DNA of 64,000 nt. Origin: Thermoproteota archaeon (GTDB lineage: Archaea > Korarchaeota > Korarchaeia > Korarchaeales > Korarchaeaceae). Below are positions 19,021-27,911 of the stretch, piece by piece. The translations under genes were made by a program, and so were the position numbers. The DNA is taken from the NCBI GenBank assembly GCA_026986575.1, contig JALSOH010000004.1, positions 1 to 64,000 of the forward strand. Reading direction: 5' to 3'. The notes under the pieces were generated by a model. The model did not search any database and was not told the origin of the DNA. It saw nothing but the letters and a program-made list of their open reading frames with translations. The stretch's first letter is position 1. Every line of letters starts with the position of its first letter.

Positions 19021-21725
19021 TAGCTCCCTCCTAATCGTGCTCTGATCACCCCCAAAAAGCTCTTCAACTTCTCCTTTGGTATGGATCCCCTGCCGAGCCT
19101 CTGATTACCTCCGCCTCCACCGCCAACTGACCTTGTGGCCTCTCTCACCAGATCGCCAGCCGTCAGATCGTAACCGTTGACGAGCACTGCCACCTCCACT
19201 CTATCTCCGGACGGTTTCGTCAGGATAACTACCCTCTCATCGCTCCCAACTAGTTTGTCGACCAGCTTAACACCCTCGTCCAAGCTGACGGAAGCGAGTT
19301 CGACGCGCGAGACCCTGTAATCTCCCACTTTTTCGAACTCCTTCAGAGTTTCCCTGATTTTGGCTTCCTCTATTTCCCTCGCGTGTCTCCTGATCTCCCT
19401 CCTGAGGTCCTTCAGCTCCTCCATAGCGGCCTTAAACGCCTTATCCACCTCTTCTTCACTCACTCCCAAAGATTGGGCGATCTCCTTCAGCATGGAATGG
19501 GCTTTGATGAGCCTCCTAGCGGCTGGCACACCAGCTGAGAATTCCAGCCTTATCACTCCGTCTTGGATCCTCCTCGCCCTCCATATCTTTATCGGCCCTA
19601 TATCCCCTGTCCTCGTGACATGGGTCCCGCCGCACGCCTGCACGTTGTAGCCTTGGATCTCCACTATTCTGAGGATCGGATCAGGTACGACCCCTCCTTG
19701 GTACAGGATGAAGCCGTACCTCCTCTCGGCATCGGTCCTGAGGAGCCAGAACGTGTTCACAGGGAGGTTCCTCATCGCCGTCTCGTTGGCGAGCAGCTCT
19801 ATGCGCTCGAGTTCCTCGGGGGTTATGCTCTTGTAGTGGGTTATATCCAGCCTGCTCTCCTCATCACCCTTCTGGGCTCCCCACTGCCATACATGGGGTC
19901 CTAGCACGCGCCTCGCGGTCTCTAGGATCACGTGAGTGGCAGTGTGATGCCTCATCCTAGATAGCCTCCTCCCCTCGTCGACCTTGCCGTGCACCCTAGT
20001 GCCCAATGGGGGCAGGGGGCCGTTAAGGCGATGGAGGACCCTCCCCTTATATTTCTCCACTGAAACCACCTCAGCCCTTCCGCCAGGCCACAATAGCACG
20101 CCCACATCGCTGGGCTGACCTCCTCCCTCTGGGTAGAAGGCGGTCTCGTCAAGGAGGACCATGCCCCCGACGTGACCCACCACCGTAGCATCGAATTCCA
20201 TTAGGTAAGGATCCTGATAGTAGAGCAGCTTGGTCGGCTTGTATCTATCCAACTCGTCTATGAAGGGTGGGAGCCTGGGCGCCTCGGGCTTCCTTGACTC
20301 ATGCCTCCCGGCGATCAACTCGTAGAAATTATCTGGAACCTCCACATTGACGCCAAGCTTCTCGGCCACCGTCTGCACGAGCTCGGGCGGAACCCCGTGG
20401 GAGTCGTAGAGGGTTATGAGGTCCTCCAAGTCCAGCTTCCTCTTGCTCTTCACTATTCCTCTAACTATCTTCTCTCCTCTCCTGAGGATCTCCTCATATC
20501 TGGCCTGCTCAATATCCACTATCTCCACTATCCTGTCCAAGGCCTCCTTGAGCTCTGGGAATCCCTTATCTGACCAGTAACTTACCTGCTTGGCCACCAA
20601 CTCCGAGAGGTTCATCTCCACACCTAGCAGTTTCAGCAGTTTGAGCGACCTCCTTATGAGCAGCCTGCCCAAGTAGCCCTCGTTCACATTTGAGGGGACT
20701 AGACCATCAGCCAGCATGAATGCTATCGCCTTCGTGTGATCCAAGAGGGCGAATACCTTCTCCAAGGGAGAGATCTTCTCCTCCAAGTATGATGAGTCCA
20801 GCATCAATATCTCCGCTATCTTCCCCCTCAGGACATCGACCTTCCTCCCCTTCTCCAGCTCCCTAAGTATGGATGAGACCTCCGAGTACCTGCTAAGGAG
20901 TCGCTCCTCCACCCGCTCGACACCCAGCTCAGACCTGAAGGTGTCGACCAGATCCCCATAAACGGCGTGGAAGCCGGTAGGATCGCCTCTGAGGAGCCAT
21001 GTTATCCTCTCTAGCCCATATCCGGTATCAACGACTTTGGTGTCCATTGGGACGTACTTCCCGTTCTCCTCCCTGTACTCCATGAAGACGAGAGTGGCTA
21101 TCTCCAATCCCCTGACTATAGGTTCGAGATCAGGACCGGCGTTCCCTCCTCCCTCCCATATCCCCTCCTTGTAGATTATCTCCTCTTCAGGGATACCCAA
21201 GACCTCGGTTGCGTACTCATGGAACAGTTCAACCGTCCTCTCCTTCCAGTAAACGAACCTCTCTTTCGTGTTGAAGGCGTGGTGGGCCATCATCTCGAAG
21301 ATGGTGAGATGCCTCCCCATTGTGGGCCCGACCTTGTCGACGTCCTTGAGCCTTATGCACGGCTGGGAGATGGTGAGGGGGTTCGCCGGGGGTGGAACCA
21401 GGCCGGCGGTTATGAAGGGCTGGAAGTCGACTATTGAGGCGCTGGTGAGGAAGAGATCATCCCTCCACCTAGCTATAACTGGGTACCTCCCTATCCTCGT
21501 GTGATCCTTGGATTCCATGAAGGACAGAAAGTCCTCCCTGACCTCCTCCAAGCCCTTATCAGCTACTCCCCTCCCTATGAATGAGTAAGGCTCACAGGGT
21601 GCCTCTCCACATGTCTCCCTGTCGGGATCGAGAGTCCAGAAGTACTCCCCGCATTTGGGGCACTTCTTCCTGACGTAGCCCCTCTCTATGAGGAACTGTA
21701 TCTCTATGGGATCGCCTAGTCCCAT
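19020..21725 (-). CDS. alaS: Alanine--tRNA ligase
   Basis: Archaeal N-terminal Zn ribbon, ASIVDFQP, QPCIR, VDTGYGLER; editing motifs HHTATH and CGGTH; DHHA1 GGGGG. Confidence 0.97.
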   Translation of the reverse strand: MGLGDPIEIQFLIERGYVRKKCPKCGEYFWTLDPDRETCGEAPCEPYSFIGRGVADKGLEEVREDFLSFMESKDHTRIGRYPVIARWRDDLFLTSASIVDFQPFITAGLVPPPANPLTISQPCIRLKDVDKVGPTMGRHLTIFEMMAHHAFNTKERFVYWKERTVELFHEYATEVLGIPEEEIIYKEGIWEGGGNAGPDLEPIVRGLEIATLVFMEYREENGKYVPMDTKVVDTGYGLERITWLLRGDPTGFHAVYGDLVDTFRSELGVERVEERLLSRYSEVSSILRELEKGRKVDVLRGKIAEILMLDSSYLEEKISPLEKVFALLDHTKAIAFMLADGLVPSNVNEGYLGRLLIRRSLKLLKLLGVEMNLSELVAKQVSYWSDKGFPELKEALDRIVEIVDIEQARYEEILRRGEKIVRGIVKSKRKLDLEDLITLYDSHGVPPELVQTVAEKLGVNVEVPDNFYELIAGRHESRKPEAPRLPPFIDELDRYKPTKLLYYQDPYLMEFDATVVGHVGGMVLLDETAFYPEGGGQPSDVGVLLWPGGRAEVVSVEKYKGRVLHRLNGPLPPLGTRVHGKVDEGRRLSRMRHHTATHVILETARRVLGPHVWQWGAQKGDEESRLDITHYKSITPEELERIELLANETAMRNLPVNTFWLLRTDAERRYGFILYQGGVVPDPILRIVEIQGYNVQACGGTHVTRTGDIGPIKIWRARRIQDGVIRLEFSAGVPAARRLIKAHSMLKEIAQSLGVSEEEVDKAFKAAMEELKDLRREIRRHAREIEEAKIRETLKEFEKVGDYRVSRVELASVSLDEGVKLVDKLVGSDERVVILTKPSGDRVEVAVLVNGYDLTAGDLVREATRSVGGGGGGNQRLGRGSIPKEKLKSFLGVIRARLGGS

Positions 21726-21775
21726 TAGTCATCCTCGAAAAGTTGCGAAGGAGGGATAAAAAAGTAGCCGTGACC

Positions 21776-22087
21776 TCAGCCGAACAGCGCGCCGAGTCCA
21801 GCGAGGGCAGCCTCTTCCTCCTCTTTCTCCTTCTCCTCTTCCTTCTTCTCCTCGGCCTTAGCCTCCTCAGCCTGAGCCGGAGCTGCAGGAGCGGCCGGAG
21901 CTGCCGTGGCGACAGCGGCCTGGCTCACTATCTCGTCTATGTCTAAGTTGGAGAGGGTGCTCACGAGCTGCTTTATCCTAGCCGGATCGGGCTCGACGCC
22001 TGCGGCCTTGAGCACCTGCTCAAGATCGGACTCCTCGACCTTCTTCTTTACCTCGTGCAGCATGAGAGCGGCATATATGTACTCCAT
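21776..22087 (-). CDS. rpl12: 50S ribosomal stalk protein P1/L12
   Basis: MEYIYAAL, Ala/Pro hinge, acidic run, GLGALFG. Confidence 0.96.
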   Translation of the reverse strand: MEYIYAALMLHEVKKKVEESDLEQVLKAAGVEPDPARIKQLVSTLSNLDIDEIVSQAAVATAAPAAPAAPAQAEEAKAEEKKEEEKEKEEEEAALAGLGALFG

Positions 22088-22139
22088 GCCCATCCTTATC
22101 ACACCTCATGATACGACGGACCCCACTATTTTAATGTTG

Positions 22140-24326
22140 CTAGCTCTCCAAGGCCCCGAATCCCGTCCTAGGCCTGCGCCTCCCCACCGACACCCTGAAT
22201 CCTCTGGTCACGCCTATGACGAACATGGCTACCAAGAGGACGGAGAACGTGAATATGGCCAGGTAGAACATCCTGAGCTCTAGCGGGGTCACTACGACTG
22301 TCTCGTACCTGTAACTGGATGTGGGGACCTTGATCACGGTCTTGCCGTCCGTAGACTTGTAGTTAATGTCAGTCACCCTTATCCACTGCATCCCAGTCGT
22401 CTGGGTCTTCATGGTGAGTATGAGCTTCACGAAGCCCTCTGGCTTCACAGTATCACAGACCATCCTCACCTTTATCCTGTCCTCCTTGGGCTCCCAGACA
22501 GGCTGATCGCACGAGACACCCTCGCCCTTCTTCACCGTCGGGGGATTGACCATGTAGAATCCCGGGGAGAGCTCCATCTCGACCGTGAGGTCCTTGGCCT
22601 CCCCGCTGCCCCTGTTTATCATGTAGATCGAAAAGCCGACAAGGGAGTTGACCACGGTGACGTTCTGGGGTATGTCCTCCACCCTCACGGAGAGCTGGGG
22701 CTTCACTATCGTCACCACCACGGGGGACTTCTGGGCCGACATGAGGACCTTCTGTCCCTCCTTCGGATCCACGTACGTCACCTTGGCGGGACCGAAAGTT
22801 GCCACGCCCTCCCTCACCGCCTTCAGGGTGTAAGATAGGGAGAGCATGCTCCCCGGATTGAGCTTGCTTGCCGTCAGCTTGGTCTTGCCCGAAACGAGCT
22901 TGAATATGTCTTTGGGGTAGTCGTCCTGCACCACCACATTAGTTGCGGCTGCCGTACCGTTGTTCCCCACGATTATGTCCACCTTTATTGTCCCGTTGAT
23001 GGGTATGGTGGTGGAGGAGATGGTCTTGGTTATGTAAACCTTCGAGTACCCGAACTCCTTCACCGTTATGGTGTAAAGCTTGAACGTCTCGTTGTAGTAG
23101 CCCCTTATGTCGAAGTAGCCGACGGTCAAGTTGACCCTGTACATCATACCTTCAGCATCGCTCGGGATGACTATCCTGAACTCTATCGGCTCAGTCATCG
23201 CTCTTGGAGGCATGTCCGAATGAACCACTACCGGAAAGTGACCGCCAGCTATAGCAGAGGGCTTTATAATCTCTATCGGGAGGTTTGGCTCGACTTGGGC
23301 GTTTATCGTCACGTTGTAGGCGTGGTCGTTGCCCACGTTCTGGGCCCTGAAGTTGAACGTTATTGGAGTTCCCGGATTCACCTGCAGGTCTCCGGTGGGT
23401 TTGCTTACGGAGAGAACTACCCTAGGCGCGCCTGTGTGACCCTTGTAGACGAGTCCAAATACCACATTGATGGAGTCTCTTGTGGACTTGGTGGCATTGG
23501 GGTTATATTCGAATATCTTAACGGACCTGTTGGCGTCGAAGCCTTGGTACTGGAAGATCACTGGGTAAGTGACCACGAAGCCTATGGTGTAGTTGCCGTA
23601 GTGCCCCTCACCGGGTCCTGCATGGAATGAGAAGGTCAGTTGATGGGACTCGTTTACATCAAGTCCTCCTAGAGAAATATTCACCTCGTTGCCGGTCTTC
23701 GTGCCCATCACCGGCATTACATTAGTGAGGTTTATCGAGCCCTCTCCCTCCAAGCGGTACCAGTTGGAATAGACCTTCACCCAATCTATAGGCATGGCAC
23801 CGGTGTTCTTCAGGATGACCGGTACTTGGAACTGGGCGTAGGGTTGATCGAACTCCCTCACCTTCGGAAAATCAATCTCCATAGTTAGGTTGGTCTCTGG
23901 GGAGTAAATGGAGTCGAGTAGGTCGAAGTATATTATACCATTCACCTTGTCGGTCAGGTCACCCTTTATGAAGACCTTGTAGAGAATCCTTCCCGTCCTG
24001 CTGCAGCCCTCTCTGACGGGTATCTCCTTCCTAGTATCTAAGGGAGGACCGCCGGCGCTTATCTCAGTAGGAACGTAAACAAAGGGCGTGCAGGGCGCCC
24101 CTTCCTTAAGCACCCTAGCTTCAACATACTGAACCGCTCCGCCCATATACATCAGTCTAGCTTGAAGCTTAAATCCTCCCGGCAGATCATATCTCGTTCC
24201 GTTCTTCATTGACAGACCTTTCCAATCATATCTAATCTCTTGAGCACCTACCTCTATTATCGTGGGGCTTTTCGGGATTAGAAGGGCGCTCAGAAACAGC
24301 AACATTATTAATGTGGCGTATCTCAT
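22140..24326 (-). CDS. Membrane-anchored cell-surface protein with Ig-like (DUF11/COG1361-like) repeats
   Basis: Signal peptide; repeated NxG...A.NV Ig motifs; many NxS/T sequons; C-terminal TM helix and Arg-rich tail. Confidence 0.75.
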   Translation of the reverse strand: MRYATLIMLLFLSALLIPKSPTIIEVGAQEIRYDWKGLSMKNGTRYDLPGGFKLQARLMYMGGAVQYVEARVLKEGAPCTPFVYVPTEISAGGPPLDTRKEIPVREGCSRTGRILYKVFIKGDLTDKVNGIIYFDLLDSIYSPETNLTMEIDFPKVREFDQPYAQFQVPVILKNTGAMPIDWVKVYSNWYRLEGEGSINLTNVMPVMGTKTGNEVNISLGGLDVNESHQLTFSFHAGPGEGHYGNYTIGFVVTYPVIFQYQGFDANRSVKIFEYNPNATKSTRDSINVVFGLVYKGHTGAPRVVLSVSKPTGDLQVNPGTPITFNFRAQNVGNDHAYNVTINAQVEPNLPIEIIKPSAIAGGHFPVVVHSDMPPRAMTEPIEFRIVIPSDAEGMMYRVNLTVGYFDIRGYYNETFKLYTITVKEFGYSKVYITKTISSTTIPINGTIKVDIIVGNNGTAAATNVVVQDDYPKDIFKLVSGKTKLTASKLNPGSMLSLSYTLKAVREGVATFGPAKVTYVDPKEGQKVLMSAQKSPVVVTIVKPQLSVRVEDIPQNVTVVNSLVGFSIYMINRGSGEAKDLTVEMELSPGFYMVNPPTVKKGEGVSCDQPVWEPKEDRIKVRMVCDTVKPEGFVKLILTMKTQTTGMQWIRVTDINYKSTDGKTVIKVPTSSYRYETVVVTPLELRMFYLAIFTFSVLLVAMFVIGVTRGFRVSVGRRRPRTGFGALES

Positions 24327-24393
24327 TCTCGCTCCGGGAACCGGTGGATAGGGGAGTATTAATTATATGTTCGTCTATGGTCGTATTGACTGG

Positions 24394-24468
24394 GGGCCCG
24401 TAGCTCAGCAAGGATAGAGCGGCGGCCTTCTAAGCCGCAGGTCGGGGGTTCAAGTCCCCCCGGGCCCG
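24394..24468 (+). tRNA. tRNA-Arg (anticodon TCT), intronless, CCA not encoded
   Basis: Acceptor GGGCCCG/CGGGCCC, D arm TAGCTCAG...GAGC, anticodon stem GCGGC/GCCGC with loop CTTCTAA, T loop GTTCAAG. AT-rich promoter about 25 nt upstream. Confidence 0.97.
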
Positions 24469-24544
24469 TTTTCCCGTAGAAAGATTTTGTGGGTAAATTT
24501 CGCTTTATAGCCAAGGCGCACGGTGGATAAGGGGTCCCCATGCT

Positions 24545-25153
24545 CTAATTAGGCCAGTAGGGCCCCAACATCATCTTCCTAAGATCCACGGATTTCTCAC
24601 CGTGTACGTATATGGGAACCCTCCTCACTTGGGAAAGGGGGATCTTACCGAGCCACTGCAGCCCCACCTTGCTCCCCTGCTTGGGGTGAACTATGATGAG
24701 GTAGCTCCTAGTCTCGTCCAAGTCCAAAGCGTACTCTCCGGCTATTGCCAGTATTAGCCTGTCAGTGGCGGCGTACAGGCCCTCCTGACTGCTACCTTGG
24801 ATCCTGACTGTGGAGTTTCTCGGGAATATGTGGACACTTGTGTCTCCTGAGAGGGTGATTAGGAGTGTTACGTTCCCTTGTGGGACCGTGCCCAAGGGTC
24901 CGACCAGTATACTTGTCTCATTCAAATTCCCACCAGAGAAGAACGAGAGCGCCAGTGTGATCGCATAGGAGGATAGTCCTATGCTCCCAGATCCCTCCTT
25001 CATGGTCTGGTTTAGGGGATAGGTTATGGTGACATACCACTTGCCATGACCCCCTGTGGGCTGAGAGGGAGTCTCCTTCAGAAAAACGGAGTAGGCGGCC
25101 AGCCCCGCGATTGCCAGAGCTGCTAGGATGATCACTAGGTACTTAGCTTCCAA
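24545..25153 (-). CDS. N-terminally membrane-anchored surface protein
   Basis: Probable TTG start at 25153 after GGAGGAG; N-terminal TM helix; sequons; VRIQGSSQEGLYAATDRL beta-alpha motif. Confidence 0.7.
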   Translation of the reverse strand: MEAKYLVIILAALAIAGLAAYSVFLKETPSQPTGGHGKWYVTITYPLNQTMKEGSGSIGLSSYAITLALSFFSGGNLNETSILVGPLGTVPQGNVTLLITLSGDTSVHIFPRNSTVRIQGSSQEGLYAATDRLILAIAGEYALDLDETRSYLIIVHPKQGSKVGLQWLGKIPLSQVRRVPIYVHGEKSVDLRKMMLGPYWPN

Positions 25154-27575
25154 AGGGGCTCCTCCTCCCCCTCCCTCTTCTCTTGGATGTCCGGGCAACC
25201 AAAGGCGACACCCTTCTCATGCTCTCCCTAGTCCTCTTCGCCCTGTTGTAAAGTCTTATCGCCACGAGGGCAGCTATAACCAGTATTATCGCGGATATAA
25301 GGTAGATGAAGTTCTTGGATACCCTGACCCTCACCTTGATTATGGTCGAGTCGGAGAACTGAGGCATGCTCCTGCCTATGGAGTCCTTGTACTCGTACCC
25401 AACACTAACGAAGCTACCCAGTTCCGTGGCTGGATAGAAGTTGGTCGCCTTCAGCCTAAGTGGTATGGTCATTGTATCGCCAGACTTCAGTTTATCGATC
25501 CTCAGAAGCATAGATCCGTCTGGATTCGGTCTCAGGAGGACATCCTTTGGGATCATGCTCAGGTTCAGGGTTATTCCCTCTCCAGTAGCTATTTTCAGCT
25601 CCACCTCGGTAGCGTCCTCGTTTCCAGTATTAGAGAGGGCCATCACCAGCCCCTTCTCCTCGTCCCATTCAAGTTGGAGATCGGTGGTGTTGGTTGAGAG
25701 GATCACGTAAGGTCTCAAGATGGTCACCTTGACCTCCTTACTTATGTTGTGGACCTCCCCCCTAGCGTCAGTGTAAGTTATCAGCGTGGTGGAGAGGGTC
25801 TGGGGACCGGGTGATGCGTCTGTGGGAATCACCTGATAGACTAGGGCCAGCTTGGCACCCGGATCTAACGGATTGGGAATTACGTAACTACCCAAACTGT
25901 TAGTCGAGGTCACCAACGCAGTTCCATTCCCGGGGAAGCTGGTAACTAGCTCGAATCCCGTACCCAGCTTCTCAATTATGCTTATGTCTGCGATGGGTAG
26001 GTCTCCAGTATTGGACATCACCAGTGTAACGTTGATGGGCTTCCTCAACTGGACGGTCGTTGGTTTCACGGTCTTGGACTCTAGGGAGAGCTTGGGGTTC
26101 CTCAGGATCCTGAAGGTGAGGCTCTTGGTGAAGAGAGGTTTACCGGAATTCGCCTCCTTTATGAACAGCTTGACAGTCACGTTCACGGGAGAGGGCACCT
26201 GATCTGGAGCGGCTATCTTGATGGAGAAATCCTTCGATTTGCCACCCGAGAGGGCCAGCTTTGATGGCAGTTTAGATGAGAGGGCCGCTGGAGATCCTAC
26301 GTCTAAATTCATGAGTAAAGAGAGGGAGCGGGATATCTTGTTCTCCACCTTAACCTTGAGAGTGATCTCGGTTCCCTCTACAACGACCGGAGGATTGTAC
26401 TCGCCGTATCCCCCGACGAAGTAAGCCTGAGCCGAGATTGATGATACTCTCAACCAGTAGGCGAATATCGACACGTAGGTGTAGGTATAGGCGTACCTCA
26501 ACCAAACGAAGGGCAGGTTAGTGAAGAGCCCGTCAGATCTTATAGTGGATGCGAGGTCCACTAATAGTGGCTCGTAGCTCGCAACGAACTTGTCCGTCTC
26601 CAAATAGCCCAGAGAGGAGAACTTAGCTAGGGCATTGAGCGCTAGGGCTGTGGTTATCTCATAGGTTCCGGACGAGTAAGCCTGTTTAACGTTGCTCTCC
26701 AAGTAGGCGACGACACCCTTCACCAGACCGTCGTCCACATCGAATCCTAGGAACATGGCTTCTGCGAGGGCGTCAGCGACATCTCCAGTGACTTGGACGG
26801 ACGAGGACTTCTCCTCCTGCCAGTAGTTGAAGTCTTTGCTCTTTTTAGCGGTAGCCGTGAGGAATGATATCGCCTTCCTGACGCTATTGTCCAAGCCCGC
26901 CACTCTCACACCCACTTCCTTGGCAGCTAGTATGGCCCTGAGGGCCTGCGCGGTGATGCTGGGGCTGGGCTCCTTCAGCTGGAACACATCGGCCTCGGGC
27001 ATCCTCCCCCAACCGCCTCCCTCGCTCTGGAGGGATATGAGCTGGGACACGGAGTGGGCGAGGGAGGAAAGCTTCTCTTTGGGAAGTGCGCCGGCCGCGA
27101 AGGCGCCTGCCACGGCCCTTATAGCCTGGGCACTGAAAGACACATCCACCAGTCTCCCACTTACATCGGAACCCCAAAGGCCGTTGTTCTTAGCACGCTC
27201 GAGCATCCAAGTGGTCATGGATGCCAGCCTAGTCTTGGCCCTAGACACATCGCCTTCATCGAACTCCATGAAGTTAGAGGCCTGAAGGGCCTCTGCGAGA
27301 ATTAGTGATGCGTATATGTTGAACTCCAAGTCTGGTATGGCTCCGAAGGTGAAGCCGCTCTTGTCTACGTAAAGCACCCCGTTGATGTATCCGTAACTTC
27401 CCTGCGGGATCTCACCGGGAGAGTTATACTCGGGAACCCTAGTTACTGCCCTCAGAGGTCCCTCAACAGCCTGCTCTATTATCTCTCTAGAAGTTTGCGA
27501 GGAAGTAAGCATCGTCTGAGAGGCGAGCAGGATGATTAGGAGTAAAGACAGTAGCGAAGACCTCCCCATTCCCAT
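25143..27575 (-). CDS. Secreted membrane-anchored protein: alpha/alpha-toroid (prenyltransferase/squalene-cyclase-like) domain plus Ig/DUF11-like repeats
   Basis: Signal peptide; LISLQSEGGGWG and NGLWG QW-like repeats with TAxALxAL helices; Ig repeats; C-terminal TM helix and basic tail. Confidence 0.7.
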   Translation of the reverse strand: MGMGRSSLLSLLLIILLASQTMLTSSQTSREIIEQAVEGPLRAVTRVPEYNSPGEIPQGSYGYINGVLYVDKSGFTFGAIPDLEFNIYASLILAEALQASNFMEFDEGDVSRAKTRLASMTTWMLERAKNNGLWGSDVSGRLVDVSFSAQAIRAVAGAFAAGALPKEKLSSLAHSVSQLISLQSEGGGWGRMPEADVFQLKEPSPSITAQALRAILAAKEVGVRVAGLDNSVRKAISFLTATAKKSKDFNYWQEEKSSSVQVTGDVADALAEAMFLGFDVDDGLVKGVVAYLESNVKQAYSSGTYEITTALALNALAKFSSLGYLETDKFVASYEPLLVDLASTIRSDGLFTNLPFVWLRYAYTYTYVSIFAYWLRVSSISAQAYFVGGYGEYNPPVVVEGTEITLKVKVENKISRSLSLLMNLDVGSPAALSSKLPSKLALSGGKSKDFSIKIAAPDQVPSPVNVTVKLFIKEANSGKPLFTKSLTFRILRNPKLSLESKTVKPTTVQLRKPINVTLVMSNTGDLPIADISIIEKLGTGFELVTSFPGNGTALVTSTNSLGSYVIPNPLDPGAKLALVYQVIPTDASPGPQTLSTTLITYTDARGEVHNISKEVKVTILRPYVILSTNTTDLQLEWDEEKGLVMALSNTGNEDATEVELKIATGEGITLNLSMIPKDVLLRPNPDGSMLLRIDKLKSGDTMTIPLRLKATNFYPATELGSFVSVGYEYKDSIGRSMPQFSDSTIIKVRVRVSKNFIYLISAIILVIAALVAIRLYNRAKRTRESMRRVSPLVARTSKRRGRGRRSPFGS

Positions 27576-27873
27576 ACCCGCTTGGTAGTGATGGACGAAT
27601 ATATAAGATGGAATGGATGCTCGTATGAAATCCGTATAGACAGTTGACTAACAGGGGTTGATCGAACGGTGGAGATCCATACGGGGGATTCTCATGCTCT
27701 TCCGAGCCTCGTAGTGGGAGGAGGGGCGCAGATAACACTAGGAGATCATCCGTACTAGCTATGCATTGTATGAAGAGAAGAGTAGGTCCTTGGAATTAAA
27801 GACCATGGGATAGAGCAGACATTGCCGGGGTAGAGGAGATCAAACTAAGCTTAGGGAGAGGAATCAGGGCATG

Positions 27874-27910
27874 ACAGAACAGAAAACAGAAAGAAAGGAA
27901 AGGGGGAGGG
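27874..27910 (-). terminator. Pyrimidine/oligo-T terminator after the S-layer gene
   Basis: Minus strand reads CCCTCCCCCTTTCCTTTCTTTCTGTTTTCTGTTCTG directly after the stop codon. Confidence 0.55.
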
Positions 27911-27911
27911 T

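Noticed and set aside
24394-24468. tRNA-Arg as an integration site for a genomic island
   Set aside because: No integrase and no duplicated tRNA 3' end seen in the window.
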